Of a DNA stretch of 64,000 nucleotides, positions 52,026 through 64,000 are shown in pieces. Both the position numbers and the translations under genes were made by a program. The notes beneath the pieces were generated by a model. The model was not told the origin of the DNA. It made no database searches and saw nothing but the letters and a program-made list of their open reading frames with translations. The stretch comes from Blasia pusilla (lineage: Eukaryota): the NCBI GenBank assembly GCA_050084515.1, contig CM114271.1, forward strand, positions 16,864,001 through 16,928,000, read 5' to 3'. Every line of letters begins with the position of its first letter. The first letter of the stretch is position 1.

Positions 52026-55000
52026 ATGGCACCCCGAGAATCACAGTCGGCCAAGCCGTCTGCGGATCCTTCTTCTCCGAACAAAGTAAGTCGGCATTGA
52101 TTTCCCCGAATAGTACTACGTGTGTACGTGATAGCTCGTAGTTGGAGCACTCACTCTCTGTTACTTACTCGCCGCGCGAGTCGTTTGTGTTGCTTGTGTG
52201 TATGGCAGCGGCTGTCCAAGGCTCGCTCTCTTGTATCGATTCTAGTGAATGCAGCGATCCGAATTAAGGGTCTTGGGATCTTTCAGAGGAGCTTATGATG
52301 GTGAGGCTCGAGCTCGAGCTTGGACACAATTGCGGGGATTCATACAGAGAAATGAGCTCGTGTTCATGACTACGTTGTAGCTATCGGAGTCAGCTCACCT
52401 TTCTCGTCCAAGTCCTTGTATTGAGAGTACCCAATTAGTGCGCTAGCTTTTAATTTTCGTCCCAAACCGAGAGCGGTCGTTGCGTGCGGACGCCATGATT
52501 AGCATCCGTTACTCATTCAGTTGAACGCGTATTCATGGCTTCCCAATTCATAAGACACTCGGAGTCCGAATCCAACAGCGGGAGAGTAGAGGGTCGTGTT
52601 GGCCGAGTGGAAGACCCCGTCGCTGAAGAGCAGATATCAGATAAGTTTGAGACTATGATCGATATATTTCATGCCTACAGCTAGGAGAGCTCGCCTCCAT
52701 CATTAATGGACGGATTGTAGAACATCTCTTTCAAGGCCCTACATCCTCGAAACTGCAAGAATTTTGAAAATTATTCTTTCTTTCACAAGTTCCTGATAGA
52801 TGTCTACACTGTCTGGCGGTTTCCGTAGATTTCTTCCACGTATCTATGGATGGATTGCAGCCTTGACTTCCAAAGTATCCATTAGCATTCGATGGAATAG
52901 ACGAGTGCTCAACGAAACCCTTTCGTACTTCAATTCGAGGAAATCTTAACGAAAATACGCATTTCGCTTAGTTTCTACTTTCTTAGTACATAGGCTTGTT
53001 TTTCCCTCGACACTACGTATACACACGTCCTAATGTAGAGTTTCGTATTCTTGATTGGTGTTACTTATATTTTCTATAGCCCGAAACATGCGTGTAGATT
53101 GGGGAGCTGTTCAGATCATTTGTTCAAGTCTCGTGTTGTTCGTCAAGGGATCGTGATTAATCTTAATAGATGGGCACTAGATTATGTACTGGTTCATATA
53201 ATTCAGGAGTTCATCCGACACCTCCGTCGTAGATTCTCTGTGACTTCGTGCGTAGAGATGTCGATATGTGAACTGACATCCCATATCGCCAGTTTTAGTA
53301 GCCAGCGGACCCAAGGTTTCTGCGAAAAACGTCCTATCGATCTGAATTTTTTCCTCGGGGATGGCAGTTTGAACATATTTGGATCCGATGCTTTCTATCT
53401 GACGGGATTCCGTTCAGCTATACTTTCTAACTTGCTGCTTTTCTCATCACCTTTGGGTCTCCCGTCATTGTGTGGAAGATACTAGGTAGGACCGATAATC
53501 CGTAAGTAGTGCCAACGGATTTGGAGGTTAATATCTTCGGTGTTTGCATGGGGTCCTGATTTAGAGGGTTCTGATGCTGCAGACGCAGAACGAAACTGCG
53601 ATAAGTGTAGATGGATCAAGACAATCCGGTGGTGACAATGCGAAGAACTTCGATGATTGGCTTCCCATCACTGCGTCTCGACAAGGAAAATGGTGGTACT
53701 CTACTTTCCACAACGTGACGGCGATGGTGGGGGCCGGTGTGCTGGGGCTTCCTTCCGCGATGAGCTTTCTCGGATGGTACGTCCTGCCCATGTTCCTTCC
53801 ATTCAACTGGACTTCATACGATTCTTCCCCCCCCCCCTCTCAAACCGCATTCCATGGTGATCTTCTGGTCCGACTGGCTGGCTTCCATCACTCTAAGATT
53901 AAATGATGTCTCAGTACCTCTGGCCTACAAGAGCATGATATTAAAATGTTTCGTCGGAAGTCGAATGTATTTTAATCACTACCCGATGTGCAGAAATGCA
54001 AGCTTGATCAGCTGAACTTGTTCATAGCTGTATATCGACTCTTTGTGGAGTGGCATGAAGGTGTAGAGCTTTCCATCGATTGTAACTGTAGCTAGTTGAA
54101 TTCTAAGCCCAGGCATAAAATCTCTGCATATAAATAAGTAAAAACCGAAAGAAAAATAGATGAGAGTATGCGTCCGGACTCCTACCGCTCACAGATCGAA
54201 AGAGCTGTTCCCACGAAGAACATGAGTGCATCCGTACGGTTTTTCACTTGAGCTTACTCATGAACATTAGGCGGTAGGAGCTAAGCCCCTCACGAGGCTA
54301 GATCGTACTCGAATCGTAAAGTTTGAAGGGGGCTTAGGCTTAGTGTGCAGTGATGGATTGTGCGGAGGTCATCAGCTGACACTGGCATATGGCTTGTTAT
54401 GGGTGTCTGGTTGGGACAGGGAAGGTGGCATAGTTGTGCTGATAAGCTCGTGGGCTATCACGCTGTACACTCTGTGGCAAATGGTTGAGATGCACGAGAT
54501 GGTTCCGGGGAAAAGATTTGATCGATACCATGAGCTGGGCCAGCACGCTTTCGGTCCGAAACTGGGGCTGTCGATGGTGGTGCCACAGCAGCTCATGGTG
54601 AGCTCGGGTTTCGGAATCGTGTACATGCTGACAGGCGGGGAATCGCTGCAAAAGTTTTACAGCTTGATCAAGTGCCCTGACATGAAAATCGAAAAGGACA
54701 CGGACATTCATTGCGGTCATATTGGCAAATCAGCTTGGATCATCATCTTCGCATCTCAGCACTTCTTCTTCTCACAGCTCCCCAATTTCAACTCTATTTC
54801 TGGTGTCTCACTCGCCGCTGCTATCATGTCCGTATGGTACGTACACACGCCCGAACCTTTTTGGAGACATGTCTACTGCGGACGTCTTTACGAGTTCTCC
54901 CGTTGAAGCTGAATCTACTCCGTGTTTCTATATATATAGAAACACGGAGTGGACTTCCTATATTTATTTATTTATTTAAGTTAGGTCAATATTCTTGGTT

Positions 55001-57201
55001 GGTGATCTCCCCATATATATAGTGTTGATGTCAATTCTTTCTTACTCACCATGTAAGAAAGAATGGTCAAGATCAATCTCCCTTATTTGCTAGCCGATTT
55101 ACCAATGCCTCAACTATTCACATGTATGCTAGGGTCACGTCGACGATAGAGGTGATCTCTCCATGGTGTATATCTCCGGGGTTTGTATATTCCGTATCAT
55201 TCACACACGAACTTTGAGATCTCCTTAAAGAGTTATGTTTAAACACAAAGAAGATTAAGGTAAGAGAATAATTTTCACTCTAATGTAAGCGAGTAGTTAT
55301 TATTCATGACATACCATGACTAGGCAGCTAAATCCCAAACTGCTGCAGCAGCAGCAGCAAGGCCTAGCTGATTAACGAACTAATTAGCGGGAATCCCAAA
55401 GAGAAAAAATCGGCTGCCGTCGAAAACAAAGTAGGGCGCTTTAATAATTCGGGGGCCCCTGGACGTGGTCGTGAGCAGCTATTCCACGATAGCATGGGCC
55501 GCACCTCTTCATCATGGACAGTACGAGAGTCCGGCGGACTACAGCTTCCCCGGCGAGTCGTCCGCGAGCATGGTTTTCGGGGCGTTCAACGCTCTGGGCA
55601 CCGTGGCTTTCGCGTACGCGGGGCATAACGTGGTGCTGGAGATCCAGGCCAACATTCCCTCCACGCCGGAGAAACCGTCGAAGATTGCTATGTGGCGAGG
55701 CGTCGTCATGGCGTACATAATCGTCGCGGTGTGCTACTTCCCGGTGGCAATCGTGGGGTATTGGGCATTCGGCAACGCAGTGAAAGACAACATTCTGCTG
55801 AGTTTGGGGAAACCCAGATGGCTCATTGCGATGGCCAACATCATGGTGGTGGTTCATGTCACTGGCAGCTTCCAGGTTCGCCCCATTCGCTTTCCCTTCC
55901 GTGCAGATCCTCAGCTTCACGTTTCATGGGCGTTCTAGCCAGCCAGCCAGCTAGCTAACTAGCATTCTGAATTGTGGCTTCATCTACTCAGTCGCCACAA
56001 AATCTTATCGTCCGTGTTGAGAGCTCGAATTCGCATTCGCTTACTACCTTGAGTAGTAAGTCTGGTCGAGGCTCGTGAGCGTCTGATGCAATGGGGGAGT
56101 TCGGAACGGTGGCTGCTGCAGGTTTACGCGATGCCGGTGTTCGACATATTCGAAGGTTGTCTGGTGAAAGGACTAGGACTCCCTCCTTCTACGCTCCTGC
56201 GCATCGGTGTTCGCAGCTCCTACGTTGGTAATCACGCTTCGCTTTTCACTCAGTTGAGATGTTTGTGCAATGGTTGGTACGAGTGTGGATGGATTCATCA
56301 ACTCGGGTCCACGAGCTTTGTAGCTTTCTTCTGCACAGCGCCTCGAGTTTTCTCAACTTTTTGATCGAATCTTGACCAATCGAAGTCTGGCTTCTTCTGA
56401 GCTCCAATCTATACTACCAGTCAGGGAAAACAGATAAAATCTGTACAGCGTAGTACAGAGCTAGCGGCGTAAAAAACATCTCGTTCGATGCACACAGCTC
56501 AAAGCTAACGTTTATTTCGTTCTCTCAACAGTAATGACGGCGTTCGTTGCGTGTTCTCTACCGTTTTTCGGATCTCTGCTTGGATTTCTGGGCGGAATAG
56601 CGCTGGCTCCCATGACTTACTTTGTAAGCCCAACCCCTGGCTTGACGATCCACTAGCTTCCGTTCTAATCGATAGCAGGATCACCAGCTCTTGTTTTGGC
56701 GATCAGTACGTGAGAGTGGTCTCCCATCGAACAGCATACGGTTTCGTCTACTTTCTCTCCGTGTGAAACAAAAGTGGATATGTATGCAGTTCCCGCACTC
56801 GCTCAATCTGAGAGACTTGTGGAGCACTCGAGCTTTATGACTTGTTTCGAAATAAACTTAGAAATGTGTACAGACTGACGCTCTCACATTCGTCTCGCTC
56901 TGGAACTCGTGCGTGTGCAGCTACCGTGCATGATGTGGCTGAAGACGAAGAAACCCAAGCCCGGGAGTAAGTCTTGGCTCATCAATTGGGTACGTAGACT
57001 CCGTAGCCGCTCCGCAAGCTTCCGAGAGTGACTATACACATATTTCTGTGGGTCGAACTCACCTCAGACTTGACCGCCGTCTCCGTGTGCGTGCAGTTCC
57101 TCATAGTCGTGGGAGTGCTGCTCATGCTCACGTCCTCCGTCGGGGGACTCCGTGGGATCGTCATCAACGCTTCCAATTATAAGATCAAGTCCTACCATTG
57201 A
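52026..57201 (+). CDS. LHT: Lysine/histidine transporter (LHT, AAAP family). Exons 52026-52085, 53583-53776, 54420-54836, 55479-55875, 56122-56227, 56532-56623, 56921-56989, 57097-57201
   Basis: [84 protein letters not shown] junctions keep the frame to a TGA. Exon 1 is less certain. Confidence 0.95.
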
Positions 57202-57406
57202 TCTCACGGTCATCATTCATCAGCATCATCGTCATGATCCCGATATTTCACTGGTGGCGGCGGGCTAAAGGACTGAGTACTCTCATACGTCTTCATGGAA
57301 TGGGGCGTCTGATGGCGACGTCCGTGCGCCCATGCAGCGTCGGGAAATCGGCGGCGAGATCTATATCTATGCCGCATCGATCGGGATCACGGGAATCGCA
57401 GCTGTC

Positions 57407-57725
57407 ATTAATTATTAGGGGAGGAGGGGGGTATGGCTGTTTAGGAAATATTTGTTCCTTCTTCTATAGACGTAGCGCTTCCATGTAATAAAACATACTA
57501 TAGTTAATTATTAAGGGAGGAGGGTATGGGTGTTTAGGAAATATTTGTTCTTGTTAATTATTAGGGGAGGGGGGGTACGGGTGTATCGGAGATATTTGTT
57601 CTTGTTCTTTAAACGTAGCGCTTCCATGTAATAAAAGATACTAGTTAATTATTAGGGGAGGGGGGTATGGGTGTTTAGGAAATATTTGTTCTTATTCTTT
57701 AGACAAAGCGCTTCCATGTAATAAT
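57407..57725. repeat. Tandem/partial repeats of ~95- and ~50-bp units downstream of the LHT stop
   Basis: ttaattattaggggagg(a)gggggta(t/c)gg.tgtttaggaaatatttgttc four times, three followed by agcgcttccatgtaataa. Confidence 0.85.
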
Positions 57726-58963
57726 GCTTTCCTAAGCATTACGATTGATGCTCGCCTTCACCTCTTGGAATCGGACTGAAGAGTCAGGTAAACGGTGTAC
57801 ATAGTCATCCAAAATGGACTCAATGAATCTCTAGAGGTGGCAAGGGACTTCCATTGATCAAGCGTCTTAGAGTGGTGAATCGTCTTTAAGTTAGCTTTAG
57901 CAATGTCGTTAGGGTAGGATAGGGTAGTTTGAAGCGAGGTTTAGTAGGATGCCCGCAATGGGGGCTTATAATAATAACAGGTTTGTAGAAGGAAATAGTA
58001 GATTTTAAATAATTTATATTTGAATGATGAATATGGGGTTGATTATGTATAGAATTCGGAATTAAACACTCCACACCAACCATTCAAGATGCCAGATTGC
58101 TTTGTACATTGACCCCTCACTTCAAATGAAATAGACTTTGGATATGGGATGGTATTGTACTAGCACATGTGAAGATCTACTTCTTAAAGTTTAGAAGCAA
58201 GCTTGGCATGATTTTAGGTGACATGTTATGATATGGGTAATAAGAGAATTCCACAGGAGGGAAGTAAGTTTGCTATTAGGCCTTCTATTTTATGTTACAA
58301 GTGGTTTCACTTATTTGGAACATAACCTCCCACAAATACTTACGTTTTTATCCCCTTCCTTGCATCAAACAGAACTTGTCCTATTGTCTAATTATCGTAT
58401 TCACTTTATTTACCACTTAATACTCTTTTTTTTTGGGAGTCATATGATCGCAACAAACTATCTCATGTCAATTTTGTTTTAATCTTATGATGATCTATTG
58501 CATTGACGCATCCTAGTTCAACAATAATGTGTGATTCGCCTCTTCATTTGGCCAATCAACTCAACGAGTGAAGTGAATGTAGCGTGAGGTGCTTTTTAGT
58601 GTCTTGGAGGTGTTTGCTTAGTGGGCTATGCCACAATATAGTATGTTCCCCGCATTTATCAATGATTTTGGAATGTTAGGAAATTCTCTTAGGGAGGTGC
58701 CAAAGCCGCATTGACTGCCAAATAGAACTCAAGGTTTAGCATTCCTTGAAATTTCCCAAAAAAAATGAAACAAAATTTAAAATTTTGGGCCAAAAATTTG
58801 AGCTTTCAGCACCAGTGGCCCAATTTCGTTTTCTATACCCTTGGTTGAGACCTCGCACCTCACACCCACTCGTCGGCATGTTGAGGCTCATTGATCAAGG
58901 TTGCAAACTAACAAAATCCAAGTTTTTGGACATGTATGTGGATCTACATGCAGCCCTAGGACG

Positions 58964-59191
58964 CAAGGTTGTGTGTGGATTTATATCCGTCCTATTTAAA
59001 GACTTGCTCAAGTGGGCCCCATCTTCATGATTTCTTAGTCCCCCCCTTACTTGCCTTTATGTTTTGTGCTTACATGTTGCTTCCTCTCTCCACCTCCACT
59101 CCCTACCCCTTGTTGTCTCGGCCTACCTTCCACCATGATCAGTAAGTGTGGGCTCCACCTCTCATAATCCATGAATTTTTTTGCAACCATG
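58964..59191 (+). mobile_element. Internally deleted hAT MITE (plus an adjacent partial copy ~59260-59405)
   Basis: caaggttg...tgcaaccatg with homologous pyrimidine-rich interior. Confidence 0.7.
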
Positions 59192-59706
59192 CTTGAACAA
59201 AAATATTCGTGCACGCATGAGTTCCTCTAGCCCGCCCCGCACTTAACATAGACCTCAATATTTTGTGCTTACATCTTGCTTCCTCCCCACCTTCCACTTC
59301 CTATCCCCTTGTTGTCTCATCCGTCCCTGTCCCACCATGATTAGTGAGTGATAGCCCCACTTCTTGCAATCCATATCCACCGACATGTCCAAAATTTTCC
59401 GATCAAGATAAAAGGACAAAACTTGGAGCTACGTTATTTTGATATCAATCAAAATTTAATATGTGTTTCATATGTTTAAAAAACTATTTGTGGATACTTA
59501 TGTATGTTCCAATGATGCACTTGTTTGTGCCCAAAAAAATTTCCTCCATCTTCGAGTTCCAACCTCACAACCACCTATGCTCCTCAACCTAAAAAAGTGC
59601 AAAAAATCACCAAATATAAAAACATATTGAAAGAATAAATTTCCAAAGTATGCCTACATGCTCATGGTAGAGTATGGAAAGTGAATATGGAGGAAATTAG
59701 ACAAAC

Positions 59707-59985
59707 GAGAATGTGTTGCTGTAGCACATCCTCAACTATTTGATTGCTCGGGATATTTTCTTCTATTTCATCTTGCATCAAGGTGTTGGACACCGTGATG
59801 CAAGATAATGCTAGATCATGACATGAATGTCACTCATTCCACATATGAGAATGTGTTGTTGTAGCAATTCCTCAACTATTTGATTACTGGGGATATTTGA
59901 TCTATTTTCTTCTATTTCATCTTGCATCAAGGTGTTGGGCAACATGATGCAAGATAAGGCTAGATCATGACATGAATGTCATTCG
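59707..59985. repeat. Tandem duplication of ~140 bp
   Basis: gagaatgtgttg.tgtagca...ctagatcatgacatgaatgtca twice. Confidence 0.85.
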
Positions 59986-61330
59986 TTCGACGTGTATGTT
60001 GTGACCATGAGTCTAGGCTTCTCCAAAGTTCCAAGAGGGATATTCAAATTAACAGTGCAAAATAAGGAGGGGATGATGAATATGATTCAAAAACATATAT
60101 GAGAAATAAATAACATTACAGAGCTTATGAAGATCAAGCTGTAATGTATTAAAGATTGAGATAAAGGCATATTGAGTAGAGGTCTTTGAAATGCGCATAG
60201 AAAAATTAGAATGATAATTTAGGTTATGTTGAGGGCTTAAGAATGGGCCCATCAAGAGGGATTCTTTGGATAAAGGGAGGTCATCCTCCATAAGTAGTTA
60301 TAAGTTTGGACCTTAATATGAGGCTTAGATATTTAGTTTAGGTTACAAATTGATTTGAACCTTAAGCCTATAAACAAAGGTTCAATACATACTTGCATGC
60401 AACCTTGTGTTCATCTATTACTAACTTTCAACTTTCTTTTGCGTAGCAAGTGGAAGAAATTTAACCCCTGACGTCATATAACTTACATCCACTTTAACAA
60501 TCACTAGACTTGGCCATCTCATGGTAAGCAAGATTTCCTCATTCCACCATCATTTTACTAACCAAGTTTTTTTTTCTATTCCTTAAGTTTCAACTACGTT
60601 TGCCCAAACCATTGAAGTCACCGATCCATCGCCCTATAACTAGTTTTGGGCCGAAAACGTTAAGGTACAAATATCCAAATGGAATTTTAAATTTAGAGCG
60701 CTAGTGGTGAAAATTTTTAATGCTTCTGTTCTCATAAACAAATGCATCTTATGTATATACTCATAAGCATATGCTCCTTATCTCCAAACATATCGAGCTC
60801 CATATTCATTCACACATGCAATTGATTAGCATGGTTGGGCTAATGTGCGTTATGATTGATTGACTCTAAGGACTCTACATTCCACTCGAATCGCCATCGA
60901 ATGAAGCTCTACAGTTCTTCCACAGCGCAGCGATTCATCTAGCGAGACCTGACGGTCTTCGAAGTGGAAGAAAGACAGAATGTTTGGTAGATCGATGGGC
61001 TTAGGCAAACTCTCGAAAGCTGGTCTCGAGGGATTCTTGTGTAGAAAGCGCTCACAAGAGAAAAAAAGAAAAGAAAAGCGAAACGAAAGCAAACGTCGTA
61101 TCGGGCAACAAAGGGAGTGGCAGTAGAAACCAGTGAGGAGCTTCTTCGAATATCCTAAAATATGATCGAAATGTGGGGGAGTGTGAAGTGCGTTTCGTGG
61201 CATCCACTGACTGACTCCGACTGCAGATTCGGGACTGGAAGCAAAGAAGAGATGCAGTCGATAGCCATAGGTTGGAGTTGAAAACTTGGAGTATTATGTC
61301 TAGTTCGAATACATCGTAGTTGATCGTACT

Positions 61331-61363
61331 TATATATATGTATATATATATATATATATATAT
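61331..61363. repeat. (TA)n microsatellite
   Basis: Direct reading, one interruption. Confidence 0.9.
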
Positions 61364-61582
61364 CGTACTAGATTGGTGATCATGATCATGAGCACTTGAA
61401 CAGTCTGGATCATTCGATTGTGAGTGCTGCAGCGGACCACCGTTCCGGAAGCAGCTGCGTTCTTCCCCCCTCGAATGTGGAATGACGGCTCCATCGATGC
61501 GTCGAGACTTAGGGTCCGGTGTCGACCGGTGTGATGCTTAGCAACGTGGGAGTTGAGAGACCGCGAGCAAACGAAGAGTTTG

Positions 61583-63878
61583 CTACTGGTAGAACTCGAA
61601 CTTCGAAGCGTGGTTTATGAGGCTTCGTAGCCCGCCAATGGAGGATACGAGCATGAGAATCGCTCCCATGGTTATGCAGAACTGTCCACGCATCGATCGA
61701 AACTGGGCTGTTAGAAACTCTCAGGACTTATTGGCAGATCGGCAAGAGTTCGAAAGATTCCATCCTGAGCATTCACTACTTACGCCCAGCAGTGCATATA
61801 AATCAGAGTAGTTATTAGCAGCCAAGAGAGTGCGAATTCGAACTTCAACGTACCCAATTGGCGACCCAAGATAAACCCCAGCGCTTCGGCTTGTAAATCA
61901 CCAGCCACATGACGCACGGTAGCTGCGCACACATGCAATATGAAATAATGAGCCTATGAAGTCCAGAAGCAGAACGAAGTCATCCGTGAGTAGAAGATAT
62001 AAGGAAAAACGCTTCGATGTGACGATGTTCGAAACTCAAGAATTAGATCGATCTACAACTTTAGGATGGCTTGGATCATCCTTGCTCGAACAAGCATGGT
62101 TATGCCGCTCCTCAAACCCGGTAGCTACCAGTGACATGAATGAAGCCTATGAGCTAAGAGCTAAGAGCTATCGATGCAAAGCTATGAAGCCAAATTTCGG
62201 TCAGGACGGGAGGCTTACGAAGAATGTCGTGGGAGCAAAAGCGAAGCCTCCAAGAAATCCAAGCAGAGATCCGAAAAACGGTATGCTACAAGCGACGAAT
62301 GCTGTGAACGCTGCATCCGAAAGAAGGAAGCAAACCTGTCAGCATATTCTCTGCTGTGAACTTCAAGGCAGTAATTATTTATGCATAACTCGCAACCGTA
62401 ACGACGAAATCGACTCTCGTGGCACCCGATTCGACCCGCTCCTAACGATGGGCCGCACTCGAATCCCGAAGAGCAAGCAAGCTTCTACCACAACACATTC
62501 GCGTGAGGTGAGGGAGGGCTTACCGACATATAAGCTCCGACTCACCACTCGGAGCAGCGTAGAAGGAGGTATGCCGAATTTCCTCACCAGAACAGTTTCC
62601 ATCATATCGAAGACGGGCATCGCATAAAGCTGCACATGCATCACTTGTTCGATTCCCAAAACATCAGACATTCTTCCCGAGACCAGCTGGGTCAGACTTC
62701 GTGGAGTCCTAGACAATACCACTTTTCTTTTCTACTATAACATCCACGCGAGAGGATTCTAACACACGTACGTCAATCGAATCTGAGCCTTTTTCGCCAC
62801 TAGCTCTTCTGCAAAACGGTCCCATGTAATCGGCAGTAATGCCAACGAACGACTAAGTAAATGATCGAGTGCAGAGCGTGATTGTGCAAACCTGGTAGCT
62901 ACCAGTGACATGAATCACCACCATCATGTTCGCCATCGCAATGATCCACCTGGGTTTACCCAAACTGAGGAGGACGTTATGCTTCACTTTGTTGCCGAAT
63001 GCCCAATAACCCACGATGGCCACCGGGAAGTAACACATGGCAACTACCGTGTATGCAACGACCACGCCTCGCCACATAGCAATCTTGGACGGCCTCTCCG
63101 GTGTGGAAGGTATGGTAGCTTGGATCTCCAGAACCACGTTGTGCCCTGCATATGCGAATGCCACATTGCCCAGAGCGTTGAAGACTCCGAAAATGAAACC
63201 TACTTTCGAGTCGCCAGGGATGCCGTAGTCGGCTACGCGGTCGAACTTTCCCTCCGGATGAAGAGGAGCGATCCATGCTATCGTGGAGTAGCTGTTCGAG
63301 CAGAGACCATCGAAACAAACCGATTCACGACAAGTTCAGATATTCGAAGATTTCATTCATGATTCGTTTAGGCGATAGCGATCGAAGTTGTGAGTTCGGG
63401 GTGTTGGTTTTTTCTTTTTTTTTCTACGTTTAGGAGCTTGAGAAATCACAGCCCACGATCTTACCTCAAAGACATGATCGCAGCTGCGAGGGACACGCCG
63501 GCGATGGAGTTGAAGTTGGGTAGCTGTGAGAGGAAGAAGTGCTGGGATGCGAAGATGATCATCCAAGCCGACTTGCCTATATGGCCACAGTGAGAATCGG
63601 AGTCGTCGACAGCGTCTTCAGGGCAATGGACTAAGCTGTAGAACTTCTCCAGCGATTCGCCGCCTGCCACCATGTACACGATATCGACTCCGATGTCCAC
63701 GATGAGTTGCTGTGGTACCACAATCCACAGCCCCAGTTTCGGCCCGAAAGCTTGCTGCCCCAACTCATGGTACCGATCGAATCTCTTGCCGGGAACCATC
63801 TCGTGCATCTCCACCATTTGCCACAAAGTGTAGAGCGTAATCATCCACGAACCTACGAGAACGACGATCCCGGCTTCC
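61583..63878 (-). CDS. LHT: Second LHT paralog, 5' part outside the window. Exons 63465-63878, 62892-63291, 62524-62629, 62219-62310, 61854-61922, 61583-61681
   Basis: Same motifs and same intron positions; exon lengths 106, 92 and 69 equal those of the plus-strand copy; frame intact to TAG. Confidence 0.95.
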
Positions 63879-64000
63879 CTGTTGGAAATCATAATCCAGC
63901 GCACTCGTCAGAATCAGCTGGCAGCTCACTAACAAGCCCATCTTCCCCATCCGCAGTGCTCTCATCGTTTCTTCATATATTTCCCACTTCGATGATCGGT

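Noticed and set aside
61956-62627. 223-aa plus-strand ORF
   Set aside because: Antisense to LHT exons and introns, no recognisable domain

Overview
Eukaryotic (land-plant) genomic DNA; a bryophyte-like or non-seed plant is my inference. Three host genes sit in a matrix of decayed transposons: a two-exon short-chain dehydrogenase (11547-12772, +) and a convergent pair of LHT-type amino-acid transporters (52026-57201, +, 8 exons; 61583->63878, -, 5' end outside the window). The most striking element is a degenerate Ty3/Gypsy retrotransposon (about 1100-7090, -). Its pol region carries a full-length DNMT3-like C5-cytosine methyltransferase domain between protease and RT, and a PHD finger after the integrase. 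Two more fragments of this family are present. Second is an apparent 13.2-kb hAT transposon (30939-44159) with matching TIRs and GC-rich subterminal repeats. It contains a transposase pseudogene, a protein-kinase pseudogene, a coiled-coil/RING pseudogene and a 180-bp satellite array, and at least six short non-autonomous elements share its ends. Also present: a Helitron PIF1 helicase split by a solo LTR with a perfect 5-bp TSD, a Harbinger transposase fragment and a Helitron 3' end. All calls come from reading motifs by eye; no database searches were run.
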